The notes under the pieces were generated by a model. It saw only the letters and a program-made list of their open reading frames with translations, did not search any database and was not told the DNA's origin. Positions 36,780-49,060 of a stretch of DNA of 62,053 bases are shown here, piece after piece. Every line of letters begins with the position of its first letter. Within the stretch, counting starts at the first letter, position 1. The translations under genes were made by a program, and so were the position numbers. The DNA comes from Octopus bimaculoides (taxonomy: Eukaryota). The stretch covers positions 30,955,880-31,017,932 of the forward strand of contig NC_068994.1 in assembly GCF_001194135.2 (NCBI RefSeq), read 5' to 3'.

Positions 36780-36990
36780 CAATTCAACGAACAAGCAATT
36801 CAAAAAACGAAAAAACAAAAGAAAAAAACGATGAGAGGAAAAAAGAGAAGAAAACGAACGTGGGGACGTGCACAAGAATGATATTAGTTTGACACTCGGT
36901 GAAAGGAGAGAGTTTTTAATGCTTCCAGCATGGCGCTTCGTCAGAAAGGAGAAAGAGAAAAGTCCAAAGAAGAAGGAAGAGGGAAAATTG
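36780..36990 (-). mobile_element. Penelope-like pseudo-LTR family copy with degenerate hammerhead (36913-36948)
   Basis: Aligns to the reverse of 37440-37620. The minus-strand core CTTT CTGACGA A remains but the downstream stems are mutated. Confidence 0.5.
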
Positions 36991-37027
36991 CCAACTGTCT
37001 ACGTATGGTGTATGCATATATATATAT

Positions 37028-37091
<64 letters not shown>

Positions 37092-37151
37092 GTAGGTAGG
37101 TAGGTAGGTAGGTAGGTAGGTAGGCAGGCAGACAGACAGACAGACAGACAA

Positions 37152-37200
<49 letters not shown>

Positions 37201-37225
37201 CAGACAGACATACAGACAGACAGAC

Positions 37226-37275
<50 letters not shown>

Positions 37276-37439
37276 ACGAGAGCTACGTGCATAGCACATA
37301 TCAGATATGAGTCACTTCGTAAGATTAAAAAAATATATATACTCATATTTTCAGTTATATTTATCCGGGTTGTAGTATTGTACTAACACGCGCGCGCGCG
37401 CGCGTGTGTGTGTGTTAATACAAAACTACATGCTGGACC

Positions 37440-37616
37440 GCTGAACTCACACGTTTTTTTTCATTCTCTCTCAATTTATTTCGTCTTATTCCTTTCTGTT
37501 GAAGAGCGTAGGCTCGAAACGTAAAAGACTTTTCCATTTTTCCCAAGCGTCAAACTCATACACTTGCTTATTGTTCCTACACCTGTCTGTGTCTTTTGTT
37601 TTCTATAAATTTGAGC

Positions 37617-37620
<4 letters not shown>
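37440..37620 (+). mobile_element. Penelope-like pseudo-LTR family copy
   Basis: Its reverse complement matches 44490-44600, and it carries the hammerhead-like motif at 37492-37527. Confidence 0.6.
37492..37527 (+). ncRNA. Minimal type-I hammerhead ribozyme-like motif (A6U core variant)
   Basis: CTTT CTGTTGA A GAGC-gtag-GCTC GAAA CG TA AAAG. Stems I and II are perfect, stem III is the ACGT palindrome and the triplet is GUA. Confidence 0.65.
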
Positions 37621-37688
<68 letters not shown>

Positions 37689-37745
37689 NNNNNNNNNNNN
37701 NNNNNNNNNNNNNNNNNNNNNNNNNNNNNNNNNNNNNNNNNNNNN

Positions 37746-37778
<33 letters not shown>

Positions 37779-37821
37779 CATACATACATACATACATACA
37801 TACATACATACATACACACGC

Positions 37822-37863
<42 letters not shown>

Positions 37864-38269
37864 TAGATGAAAGACGGAAGATGGAAGATACGAGAATTTT
37901 TATTAATCACCACAATTGTTTCGTCACATCTACCATCGATCCCTCACGGGTTGGACACTTAACAACTGGTTCAAGAGTATCCGGCGGTGCAAATGTGTCT
38001 CATCCGGTAATAAATAGATATAACTTTTTTAAATAACAGCTCTGCAATGTATCTTCTCATTTCGTAGAAAGAAAAACAGCAAAACAAAGGATATATCTTC
38101 ATTTCTATAGAAAAGCAAAAATAAAATCACAAATGCAAAAAAGAAATGAAGATGCAATACTGCGAGGAAAGTATTAAAAATAACATATATATATATATAA
38201 TGTGAACATATTGCGAACACTTTAAATTATGTGCATATTGTAAACACTTCATTGAATTTTGAACACTTT

Positions 38270-38480
38270 GTCAGGTCATTAACAGCCTATAAGTTCATTA
38301 ACTTTCCATAGGGTCATCAACACTCCAATTAGCATCCCATCAGATAATTAAACGCTTCATCAGATAACTGTCAATTCATAGGATCATTAACACTCTATAA
38401 GTTCATTAACACCCTATCAGATAATTAAACGCTTCAGCCAATAGTAAACACTTCAATGTATTAATTACCCCTCTATATAA
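38270..38480. repeat. Degenerate short tandem repeat region
   Basis: cattaacac.ctataagttcattaac and atcagataattaaacgcttca each recur. Confidence 0.7.
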
Positions 38481-38576
38481 TTGTGAAGTCTTCGTCGCGG
38501 AAAGCGTGTTGTTGTTTACATCATTGTAGCTTCAGAGACAATGACTGCGAACTCCAGGGTCATTCAAAATCGTTTT

Positions 38577-38631
<55 letters not shown>

Positions 38632-39238
38632 CACCACCACCACCACCACCNNNNNNNNNNNNNNNNNNNNNNNNNNNNNNNNNNNNNNNNNNNNNNNNNN
38701 NNNNNNNNNNNNNNNNNNNNNNNNNNNNNNNNNNNNNNNNNNNNNNNNNNNNNNNNNNNNNNNNNNNNNNNNNNNNNNNNNNNNNNNNNNNNNNNNNNNN
38801 NNNNNNNNNNNNNNNNNNNNNNNNNNNNNNNNNNNNNNNNNNNNNNNNNNNNNNNNNNNNNNNNNNNNNNNNNNNNNNNNNNNNNNNNNNNNNNNNNNNN
38901 NNNNNNNNNNNNNNNNNNNNNNNNNNNNNNNNNNNNNNNNNNNNNNNNNNNNNNNNNNNNNNNNNNNNNNNNNNNNNNNNNNNNNNNNNNNNNNNNNNNN
39001 NNNNNNNNNNNNNNNNNNNNNNNNNNNNNNNNNNNNNNNNNNNNNNNNNNNNNNNNNNNNNNNNNNNNNNNNNNNNNNNNNNNNNNNNNNNNNNNNNNNN
39101 NNNNNNNNNNNNNNNNNNNNNNNNNNNNNNNNNNNNNNNNNNNNNNNNNNNNNNNNNNNNNNNNNNNNNNNNNNNNNNNNNNNNNNNNNNNNNNNNNNNN
39201 NNNNNNNNNNNNNNNNNNNNNNNNNNNNNNNNNNNNNN

Positions 39239-39577
39239 GTTTCTCTAAAAGAAATGGAAAAACTTTCAAAATACAAAGACCTGGAAATAGAGATAACTCG
39301 AATGTGGAATCTAAAAACAGAAACAATTCCTATCATAGTAGGTGCCTTAGGTATAATAAAAAAATATTCAGACAAATACATAACAAAAACACCAGGACTT
39401 ACAAATATATATAACATACAGAAAATTGCACTACTGGGTACTGCACACATTCTACGCAAAACACTTTCAATACAGTAAACATAAGAGCACCACAGCAAAC
39501 CACAGCACATACCCAAGGCGCACAGAGCTGCGCTCGGTAGTGAAGTGAAAGCACGTTATAAAAATAAAACTACTGAA
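39239..39577 (+). mobile_element. R4/Dong-like retrotransposon 3' end (REL domain plus 3' UTR) followed by (TAA)n
   Basis: VSLKEMEKLSKYKDLEIEITRMWNLKTETIPIIVGALG...IQKIALLGTAHILRKTLSIQ* with no internal stop. An N-gap lies upstream. Confidence 0.92.
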
Positions 39578-39659
39578 TAATAATAATAATAATATAGTAT
39601 AGGGTGAAGAGAAAGGGAATCAATATTGTGATTGAGTAATTAAAACAGAGGTTGAATGC

Positions 39660-40700
39660 TAAAGCACAAACTAAAAGATTCTGGTCAAACATATGGTCTC
39701 AGGAGAAACAACACGAAACTAAAGCAGAGTGGTTAAAGACACTCAAAGAGTAGAGTGGAGAGTATCAGCAGGATGATTTGAGAATAACCGAGGAGATGAT
39801 TAGAGATCAGTGTAGAAAAATTCCTAACTGGAAAGCACCTGACCCAGATGGGGTTCAGAGCTTTTGGCTTAATAACTTGACAGCTCTGCACAGGAGAATT
39901 GCGAGACAGATGGATGAAATATTGAGTACCGGCCTGGATGACAAAAGGAAGAACGGTACTATGCCAGAAGGACCCAAGTAAAAAGAATGCGGTTGGAAAT
40001 TTCCGACCGATATCTTGTTTGCCACTGATGTGGAAACTGATGACGGGCATCATATGAAACAGCATAGGGGATACCGAATATATGATCAATGGAGAGAAAG
40101 AGGATTATGTGATCAAGCTAGGAACAGAGAGGAACAGAGATTATGTGATCAAGCTAGAGCAATAAGAAAAAATTATTGGTTCACAGAAGTAGAGCTCGAA
40201 GCTATCAAAAGACGAGTATTGGAAAACAGCAGCAGAGGAAGCAGATGAGAATACAGTTCTTACAGATAAAAGTAATCACATAGCAGAAGACAGAGGTGAG
40301 ATCTCTAACCACAAGAAATGAACAGTGATAGCTTGCACGATGAGAAACATGTAGATGGTTTGGAAGAAGACAATAAAAGCAATGGGCAAAAGGCAATCGA
40401 CGAAATAAATAAATGTAAGGCTACAAAAGAACGATAGCGACAGTATTTGCAACCTTAAAACGGTTGATCGGTGGAAATTGAACCAAGAAACGAAAACTGT
40501 GAATGAAATTCTGAAATACATCAGAAAAAATCATCACAGAAACAAATAATTTGATCAAGGCAGCAAGTATTGTTGTAGCTGGAAATGTGGGTGTTGATGT
40601 CAAGAAAAAGAAACATAATGGGAGCGACAAAAGAAAAGATCCAGGGTGGAAAAGAAGAATAGAGGCAGAGTTAGATATGCTCTCGAAGGACATTTCTGTG
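39660..40700 (+). mobile_element. Degenerate R4/Dong-like fragments in permuted order
   Basis: RT-start motifs ([24 protein letters not shown]) at about 39780-40060 come before N-terminal motifs (EQRLCDQARAIRKNYWFTEVELE; TNNLIKAASIVV; DPGWKRRIE). Confidence 0.8.
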
Positions 40701-40875
40701 TGAGACCGAAAAGCTTGTTATCTCTCGCTAGGGTCTCTCTCTATTAGGTAGGGGATTTTGTCTAGCTTCTCAGATTTCGCCTGACCCAGAATCTCTATCC
40801 CAACTTAATTTTCCTTTCAGAATTCTTTTTATTCACACATGCCTAGTCCTACCTAGACAGACGCCTACTTCTACT

Positions 40876-40959
<84 letters not shown>

Positions 40960-41929
40960 TTGTGTGTGTGTGTGTGCGCGTGCGCGCATGTGTGTTTGAA
41001 GATTTTTCGCTCGGATCACTCTCTGTCCCAGGTAAATTGATATCAGTGTAAAATCTTCAGCTCTTAGTGGTGTTAAAAATAACCTGTATATATCTGAACT
41101 TATGGACATGTCCAACAAAATTAATTTTTGACCAGATACTTCTTAAACAGCGTCCGGCTTGGTTTGAATGTATACGCTCTAATTTATGTCTACTCGTCGA
41201 TAAGCATTTATACAGAACTATTTCCATTTGCCTTTGGCCTAAAAGGTTTGCAGTGTATTGAACGTAACTTTTCTGTTATAGTTTGTTGCTGTGTTTCTCC
41301 GCATCTAAATGTTCATGCTTTTTGTCGAGTGAAACAAAGCCAAAAGTGTCAGTGATTTCGCCATATCTTCACTGACGCTATTAAGTACTGTTGTTGGTAT
41401 CACCATTGTAGCTACCATTAATTGCTTCTTATTGGGGCGGAGATTTTTTTTGTGCTTTTACAGTTTGTTGCTATAGTGGAGATGTCAGTGGCAATGCACG
41501 CTTCTCTGCTGCTGGTAATTCTGCTGGATTCTTTGCATGGCATGTCATCATTCCTGGTGCTACTGTTGTTGCTGTTGTTGTTGTTGTCGGTCGAAAGCTA
41601 CAATAATATAAGGAAGCTCATTGTGACCAGTGGTGCAATAACAACATCCGATAGACTGGTCGATACAGTGATATATATATATATACGCATGTGTATATAT
41701 TTGTGTGTGTGTGTGTATGTGTGTGTGTGTGCGTGTCGGCGTGTGTGTATGAGCGGTTGTGTGTCGGTGTGTGCGTCGGTGTGTGCGTCGGTGTGTGTGT
41801 GTGTGTGTGTGGTGTGTGTGTGTGTTGTGTATGACATACAAATAATAAATGATAGTTTTCCTGGTAAAGGAACATCTCCATCTAGAGTCAATCTAGAAAC
41901 TCCACAAATCCAAGGTCACCTTGGACAAT

Positions 41930-42170
41930 AAAAGGACTCCTACGTGCACACGCATAATTAAAGCAGTTTCATTCCCTCTTGGCATTTTCGTAACCCTCAC
42001 CCCACACTCTTCAATAAATTCACTTGAGGACAACTCCTCCCTTTCTTCTCTAACCTTCTCTTTTAAGTAAAACTTTAAAAAGCCGATGCGGTCTCTACCA
42101 AAGTGGAAAATTTCTGTACTCAAACCTTTCAACCTCGTCCACCAGCTTTCACTATAGCCATCAGAGGAAA
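41930..42170 (-). mobile_element. Possible L1/Tx1-like LINE C-terminal remnant
   Basis: WWTRLKGL...FLKFYLKEKVREEREELSSSEF resembles LINE ORF2 ends by recall only. Confidence 0.4.
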
Positions 42171-42269
42171 ACTGTCCTCCCTGTCCGAGTAAATGAGGTC
42201 GGCAAGGCAATTATTTCAATGCGCTCATATGGTAGTCAGGTCCGTCTGACATGCGACAGCGGTTACTGG

Positions 42270-42710
42270 GCTAACTTCACAAATCAGCACTGTAATAGAA
42301 AAGAGTTTTTAGCATGCCGGGTAAAATGCTTAGCGACATTTAGCCAGTCTTTACGTTCTGAGTTCAAATTCCGTCGAGAACTTTGCTTTTCATCATTTCG
42401 GGGTCAATAAAATAAGTATCAGTTGAGCACTCAGGTCGATGTAATTGACGTATCCTCTCCCGCGAAATTGCAGGTGTTGTGCCAAAATTTTGAAGCCAAT
42501 ACTTCTGTCACTGCCTATGACGGTGAACTGACAGAATCGTAGCAGCTCTGAACAAAATACGTAACGGTGTTTCTTCTGGTACTTCTAAATTCAAACACCT
42601 CTGAGGTAAACTTTGCCTTTCGTTTCTCAGGGTTCATTAAAAATAAAGTACCAGTCAATACTAGGGTCAATGTAATCTACTTTCTCCTCTCCCTTTAAAA
42701 TTTCAAGCTT
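42270..42710 (+). mobile_element. Two tandem SINE family A copies
   Basis: Repeated head, B-box, core and tail. Confidence 0.82.
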
Positions 42711-43257
42711 TGTACAAAAAAAATATTAGAAAGAATGTTATCAATGTTGCTTTGTTACGACGAGTAATATTAGTATCATTGCTACTACAATGCCATAACA
42801 ACCAACATCTTGCTACAACCAGAAATCAAAACCCAGTGAGGTTGTCTTTCCAAAGCAATGAAATTGTATTGGGAATTATAGACATGTCTGTTTCTTTCAT
42901 CAATCCACAGTATTTATTTCAGTCTCGTTCTAATTTTATCGATCTCATTTATTAACTTTCTAATATACGTTTTTAACAAAGAGAGCTAATAAACTATCAG
43001 ATCCAACTAAAAGATATTACACAACCCAAGGCTACAGTGAAATATAGTTGCTAAAACCCCCTCTTGCAATATTTGTTCTGTACAGAGTAATAGACACTTC
43101 CTTGTCACGTTCACCCTCAGAAATGCAGTGAAACAGCGACTGGTCTATTGGAAACCTGTTGCCATCGGCACCATTGTTCACAAATTGCGATATAAAATGA
43201 ATACATGAATAAATTTCTAAATAAATTAAATAGATTCATTAATGTTATTATTAACAT

Positions 43258-43733
43258 AAAGGCAGTGAGCTGGCAGAGTCGTTACCGTACCGGAAAAAAT
43301 GCTTGGCAATATTTCTTCCGGCTCATTACGTTCTGAGGTCAAATACCACCGTGGTAATCTTTGCTTTTCTTTCTTTCTTTCGGGGTCGCTAAAACAAGTA
43401 CCAGATGGACACTGGGGTTGGTGTAATTGATTTCCACTTCCCCCAAAACTGATGTCCTTGTGCCAAAATTAAAAAGAATTATTATGATAAGCACAAGAAA
43501 TAAGGCGGCGTGTTGGCTGAATTGTTATCACGGCAGACGAAATGCTTAGCAGCATGTAATCCGCTGCTACGCCCTGAGTTCAAATTCCGCCGAGGTCGAC
43601 TTTGCCTTTCATCATTTCGGGGCCGATGATAAAAGGACCAGTTGTATGCTGGGTCAATGTGATCGACTTATACCCTTCTCCGTATTTTACTGGCCTTGCG
43701 CCAAAATTTGAAACCAGTATTAACACAAGAAAT
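43258..43733 (+). mobile_element. Two tandem SINE family A copies; the second has a 10-bp target-site duplication
   Basis: CACAAGAAAT at 43492-43501 and 43724-43733 flanks the second copy. Confidence 0.88.
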
Positions 43734-44254
43734 GCCAGGGAATGGTAAATCCTCGATGTTTACTAATCCAGACTAAATCACATGAGGTTAGATAGTTGAG
43801 ACACTAAAGGATCTCCATTACTATTGATTATTTCGCGCAGCAATTTAGATTGTAATAAATTTTGGTTTAAAATAGTTGACAGCTAGCAACAACCAGATTT
43901 CCAATCTATGCTGAATCAGCTTTAGATTTTATCTGAGAGGAGAGTTATTTTAATTCTGCTGAGAGAAATTTGAGATTACGAAAGAAAAATCAATATCCTC
44001 GGTGCATATTGTGCGTGTGTGTCTCTATGTGTGTCTCTATGTGTGCATCTGCATATATATGTGTGTATATATATTACCCACATTTAGGTGGAGATTAACA
44101 TTACTTCTCAGTATAAATATGGCATTCGTCTCTAATAGAGATTTTCTTAACGACTAGTTTGCTAGTTGCAGAACCAGTGGCTGTGTAACACTGGTTTCTA
44201 TATATTACAAGCTGAGGTGAACTACCTCTATGTCTACCAGACGGAAAGTCATTG

Positions 44255-44291
44255 CTGAGGATGACCAAAATGAGGTCGAAATCACGTGATC
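44255..44291 (+). ncRNA. Hammerhead ribozyme-like core with degenerate stem I
   Basis: CTGAGGA T GACC-aaaatga-GGTC GAAA TCACGTGA TC. Stem III is palindromic and the triplet is AUC. Confidence 0.55.
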
Positions 44292-44649
44292 TGTTTGTCT
44301 CCTAGCTTGAATGGTAGAGAGTTTCTATCCGCTTGCAATGTATATTGAGTGCGAAGTAGGCTGAGTGACCAGCTTGAGGAGGCGTCCTCCTGCGGTTGGA
44401 ATAGCAGTGTCGTCTGTTCTTATAAAACACCCACGTTTAGGTGGCGATAAATATTATTTATATTACTTATACATACACTTGTGTGTATATATACAGTTGA
44501 AATTTATAGAAAAACAAAACACGAAGACAGGTGTAGGAACAAGCAAGTCTATTAGTTTGACGCTCTTCGACAGAAAGGAATAAGAGAAAATAAACAGAGA
44601 GAGAATTTAAAAAGAGACATAAAAACGACCACAGTATGGATAAGTAGTC

Positions 44650-44998
44650 ACGGTTGCGTAGTTAAGAAGCTCGCTTTGCAACCACGTTGTTTCGGATTCA
44701 GTTCCACTACGCAACTCCTTGGGCAAGTGTCTTCTAATATAGCCCCGGGCTATCTAATGCCCTTATGAGTCAACTTGGTATATAGAAAGTGTTTTCAAGT
44801 CCATACGAATGTATGTGTATCTTTCTGTCTGTATTTCGCCTCTCTCACCGCTTAACAACCACTGTTGGTTTGTTAACATCCCCTCAATAATTTAGCAATT
44901 CGGCAAAAGAAACCGATACAATAAGTACCAGATTTTTAAAAAACAACTACCGGTATCGGTTTGTTTGACTAAAACTTTTCAAGGCGATGTCCCAGCAG
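44650..44998 (+). mobile_element. SINE family B, full length, diverged
   Basis: Head, core ccttgggcaagtgtcttc, a short internal repeat and the tail. Confidence 0.82.
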
Positions 44999-45032
44999 TA
45001 AAAGTAAAAAATAAGAGACCCTTTATCCCACA

Positions 45033-45724
45033 CTGAATGGCGACAATACTCCTCTCTTCGAAGACAGTGATGCAGAACAACGAAGCAACAGGAACCATGG
45101 ACGGAGAATTGATCGGCCGTGGGTTTTGGGTCTCAAACAAGGCTCAGACTGTCGATACATTTGTGTGGAACGGCGTGGCGGGAACAGTCTGATCCTAATT
45201 ATTGAAAGAGAATGCGAAAAAAGTTCACTAATTCATTCAGATGAGTGTCCCGCTTATAATAATTTAAATGCCATAGGTCATCACCATTTGACAGTGAACC
45301 ATCAACGACATTATGTGGATCCAGTGACCGGAGCACACACTCAGGCCATTGAGTGATCATGGTTGGATGCTAAAACTATGATTCTGAAAGATAAGGTAGA
45401 TAACCCTGTTTGACACCGTTCGACAATTTTTCCCTCGACGTACATCATAAACTATGGCTCCACACACCACGCGGTACATATTGTACCAGTAGGTTATTGT
45501 ATTTTTAGATTTTCCTGTTAGAGTCACTGCCGTGGTCTTGGGTATATCCATGACAAAGAAAAATATTAGTTCTAAAATCTCACTCAGGCTTAGCTTGCAG
45601 TTTAATTTGTTGTTAATGTCCGTATAATGGAAAAATTGGTTTCCCTTAGTCACTGAACGTTTAAGGTAGATAACCCTGGCTATTCTATTTGACAACGTGG
45701 TAGACCGCATACTATGTTAGTACC
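45033..45724. mobile_element. Rearranged Merlin (IS1016/IS1595-like DDE) transposon remnant
   Basis: Plus 45033-45390 encodes RNHGRRIDRPWVLG...IHSDECPAYNNL..GHHHLTVNHQRHYVDPVTGAHTQAIE*SWLDAK. Minus 45660-45410 encodes an N-terminal HTH-like segment KLSLSEILELIFFF...GKSKNTITYWYNMYRVVC. Confidence 0.82.
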
Positions 45725-45752
45725 GCTTATTCTAATTATTATGCATACATTT

Positions 45753-46140
45753 GTATGGTTAAGAAGCTCACTTTGCAATCACGTGGTCTTGGGTTCAGTT
45801 CTACTGCGCTGCGTCATGGGCAAGTAACTTCAACCATAACCTCACACGGACCAGTGGAAGTCCGTACATGCGCGCGCACAAACACACACACATACATGCA
45901 TGTATACATGTGTGCGTGTGCCTTTGTGTTTGTTGTCTCCACGGTTTGTCAACTTGTGCTGGTTTAATTTACCTCCCGTGAATTAGCAGTTTGGCGAAAG
46001 AGAACGTTAGAATAAGTACCCGACTTTAAAAGAAATAAGTACTGGAGTCGATTTATTCGACTAATACCTTTCAGGGTGGTGCCCCAGCATAGCCGCAGTC
46101 CAATGATTGAAACAAGTAAAGCATAAAAGATATTATGACA
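45753..46140 (+). mobile_element. SINE family B, full length with internal (CA)/(TG) tract
   Basis: Head, core, microsatellite and tail ending gaaacaagtaaagcataaaaga. Confidence 0.82.
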
Positions 46141-46227
46141 CATACGTAACACATACGACCTTAATCACATGCATGTTTGCACCCATATGACGTGTGTCTA
46201 CAAGTAGACACAGAGCACGGGAATGAC

Positions 46228-46380
46228 TGTGCGTTTAAGAAGTTGGCTTTAACTTCGTGGTTTCGAGTTCGATGTCATCGTACGACACTTCGGTCAAGTG
46301 TCTTCTACCATAGCCTAGGACCAACCAAATTTTGTACGTGAAATTTAGGAAACAGAAGCTGTGTGGGAAGCCTGTCGAAG
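46228..46380 (+). mobile_element. SINE family B head and core
   Basis: gcgtttaagaagttggc...gagttcgat...cttcggtcaagtgtcttctaccatagcc. Confidence 0.7.
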
Positions 46381-47329
46381 AGACTATTTATAGTTTAGGT
46401 GGTAAAGTTAATGTGTCACTCGGTTTAATACCACCAAATGGGTTCCCTTCGCAGACTACACATTGTTTCAAACGCTTGATTTATTTCTTTGATCTGAAGA
46501 TAACTTCGTCCCTTTCTGCCACCAATTAAGGGAATCTTGTGAGAGATCATAGGCACGGCCATCATCATCGCTTAACGTCCACTTCATCAACATCATTGTT
46601 TAACGTCCACTTTTCTATGTGCGTATGGATCTGATGGAATTTGTTGAGAAGGATTTTCAACGACCGAAACAGTGTTTACGAAGGGAACTTCATTCAAGAT
46701 ACAGCCATGCCTGTAGTGGCGTGATCAACTCAACCTCTATTTTTCTAACATTGACAGATAGAAGTATATCAAATAGCATACAACAGGAATTCTTGACTTA
46801 CAAGATGTGTCACAATTGCCAAATGGCAGTTAAGACCAGGTACCAGTCGAGAAATGGGAATAATCTCAACGTTCAAGAATTCTCCAAAACTGACATGCAT
46901 ATTGTCTGGTGGTAAGAGGCCATCTTGGACATATCTTCCCGGCTCAATAACCGTCCTGAGCATGACAATTGACTGACCTTACCCCCCAGTAGCTAAAGGA
47001 CATAGACTTAAACAAAATGAGTAAAAAACATTTATGATTCAAATTTTTCTACTTTAGCTTCATTCTATCATCCCTTCACAAACATATATTTCACACACAC
47101 ACACACAAAGAATATAATCAATAGCGAATTGATCAATCAATTATTTATGACAATTATTTCTCAAATTTCTGTCTTCGAACTTGTCATGTTTTCAGCTTTC
47201 GTTTTTCATGTTCAGCTAATTCGTAACCTATGATCTTATCCTGTCATCTGAATACTTTTGATTTGTCTCGCAACGAGTATGTGCGTACATACATACATAC
47301 ATGCATACATACATACTACCACTATATCT

Positions 47330-47346
47330 AGATCGGAAGAGCGTCG
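47330..47346 (+). other. Illumina adapter contamination at a contig end
   Basis: AGATCGGAAGAGCGTCG is the start of the TruSeq adapter read-through sequence and directly abuts an N-gap. Confidence 0.93.
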
Positions 47347-48035
47347 NNNNNNNNNNNNNNNNNNNNNNNNNNNNNNNNNNNNNNNNNNNNNNNNNNNNNN
47401 NNNNNNNNNNNNNNNNNNNNNNNNNNNNNNNNNNNNNNNNNNNNNNNNNNNNNNNNNNNNNNNNNNNNNNNNNNNNNNNNNNNNNNNNNNNNNNNNNNNN
47501 NNNNNNNNNNNNNNNNNNNNNNNNNNNNNNNNNNNNNNNNNNNNNNNNNNNNNNNNNNNNNNNNNNNNNNNNNNNNNNNNNNNNNNNNNNNNNNNNNNNN
47601 NNNNNNNNNNNNNNNNNNNNNNNNNNNNNNNNNNNNNNNNNNNNNNNNNNNNNNNNNNNNNNNNNNNNTATATATATATATATCAAATATATGTGTTATA
47701 AAACTATTCCGCACATACAATAACAGCCATACCAACAATCCAACATGTCTCCATCATCAGCTGCCCCACAGATATCACTATGGTTTCGACACCTGGGCTG
47801 TACTATTCAATACGGCGGTTTCAACACCACTAAAATAAGTGTTGGTTGGGAACAAATATACCTAAGATATCACTACATTCATTCAATCTTAATTCTAGGA
47901 AGGCTTAAACACTAACGTTATTAATTAAATTTCAACAAAGAAACACATTTACCCTGTGTAGAAAAACAGTATCGGTAAATAAATTCATAAAGTAAACTTA
48001 TAACTAACTCCTAAATTTTCTAACTAAATAGCGAC

Positions 48036-48094
<59 letters not shown>

Positions 48095-48248
48095 GTAGGT
48101 AGATAGATAGATAGATAGATAGAAACATACGTATATACATATATATATACATATATACATACATACTTATATATATATACACACACACACTTATCTATAA
48201 AAGATTAATATAGACAGACGTGTGCCATGTGTTACCAAAATGGAAAAC

Positions 48249-48577
48249 TAAATCGTTACTAAATATGACTAGGGTGTTAGGACACCTACATTTCTAGAAG
48301 TGAGAGCTAAAAAGCTCTAATGCCGTAGTTAAAGCACATAATCATATACATCTGTACTGACATGGACTGTAATCGCTCGAAAACATCGGTCGAGAAATTC
48401 CTTATACTGATCGGTCAATTTCAGTTAATTCCGTAGCCTTATCAGTAGGGACCGCTCGATTCGGCTGATTCCGGACTTAATTCTCTGTCAGTGCTTAACT
48501 ACAGGATTAGAGCGTTTTAGCTCTTATTTCTGATAATGTAGATGTTCTAACACCTTAGTTATATTTAGTGACATTTA
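48249..48577. mobile_element. MITE-like element with about 85-bp imperfect TIRs and possible TA TSD
   Basis: The left arm gttactaaatatgactagggtgttaggacacctacatt...gtagttaaagcac (from 48255) is the reverse complement of the right arm gtgcttaactacagg...accttagttatatttagtgac (to 48572). Confidence 0.88.
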
Positions 48578-48603
48578 TACGTATATGTGTGTATGTTTAT
48601 ATA

Positions 48604-48698
<95 letters not shown>

Positions 48699-49023
48699 GT
48701 GTGTGTATATGTATGTATATATGTATATATATGTTTGTATGTATGCATAATTATGAATGTACGTATGTATGTATGTATGTATGTATGTATGTACACGTCA
48801 GTAAGTAAGTGAGCGAAAGCAGTGAAGGAAAATATACAAACTTAAGACCAATTTTAATGTTCTGAGGGGTATTTGTACTTGTGAAGGCTTTTCAATGCAG
48901 TCTGTCGTGGGGAGAGAGGGAGGTAGAGAGAGGGAGAGAGAGAGAAAAGGAGGGAGAGAGAGAGAAAAGGAGGGAGAGAGAGAGAATGGGANNNNNNNNN
49001 NGATGGAGAGAGAGAGAGAATGG

Positions 49024-49060
<37 letters not shown>

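Noticed and set aside
37895-37955. Minus-strand GAAACAATTGT followed by AATAAA
   Set aside because: It has a palindromic stem III, but the triplet would be GUG and no CUGANGA or stem II can be built.
41444-41600. Acceptor-like ttttttttgtgcttttacag followed by a hydrophobic ORF
   Set aside because: The ORF runs into (TTG)n and (TG)n repeats with no donor or family signal.
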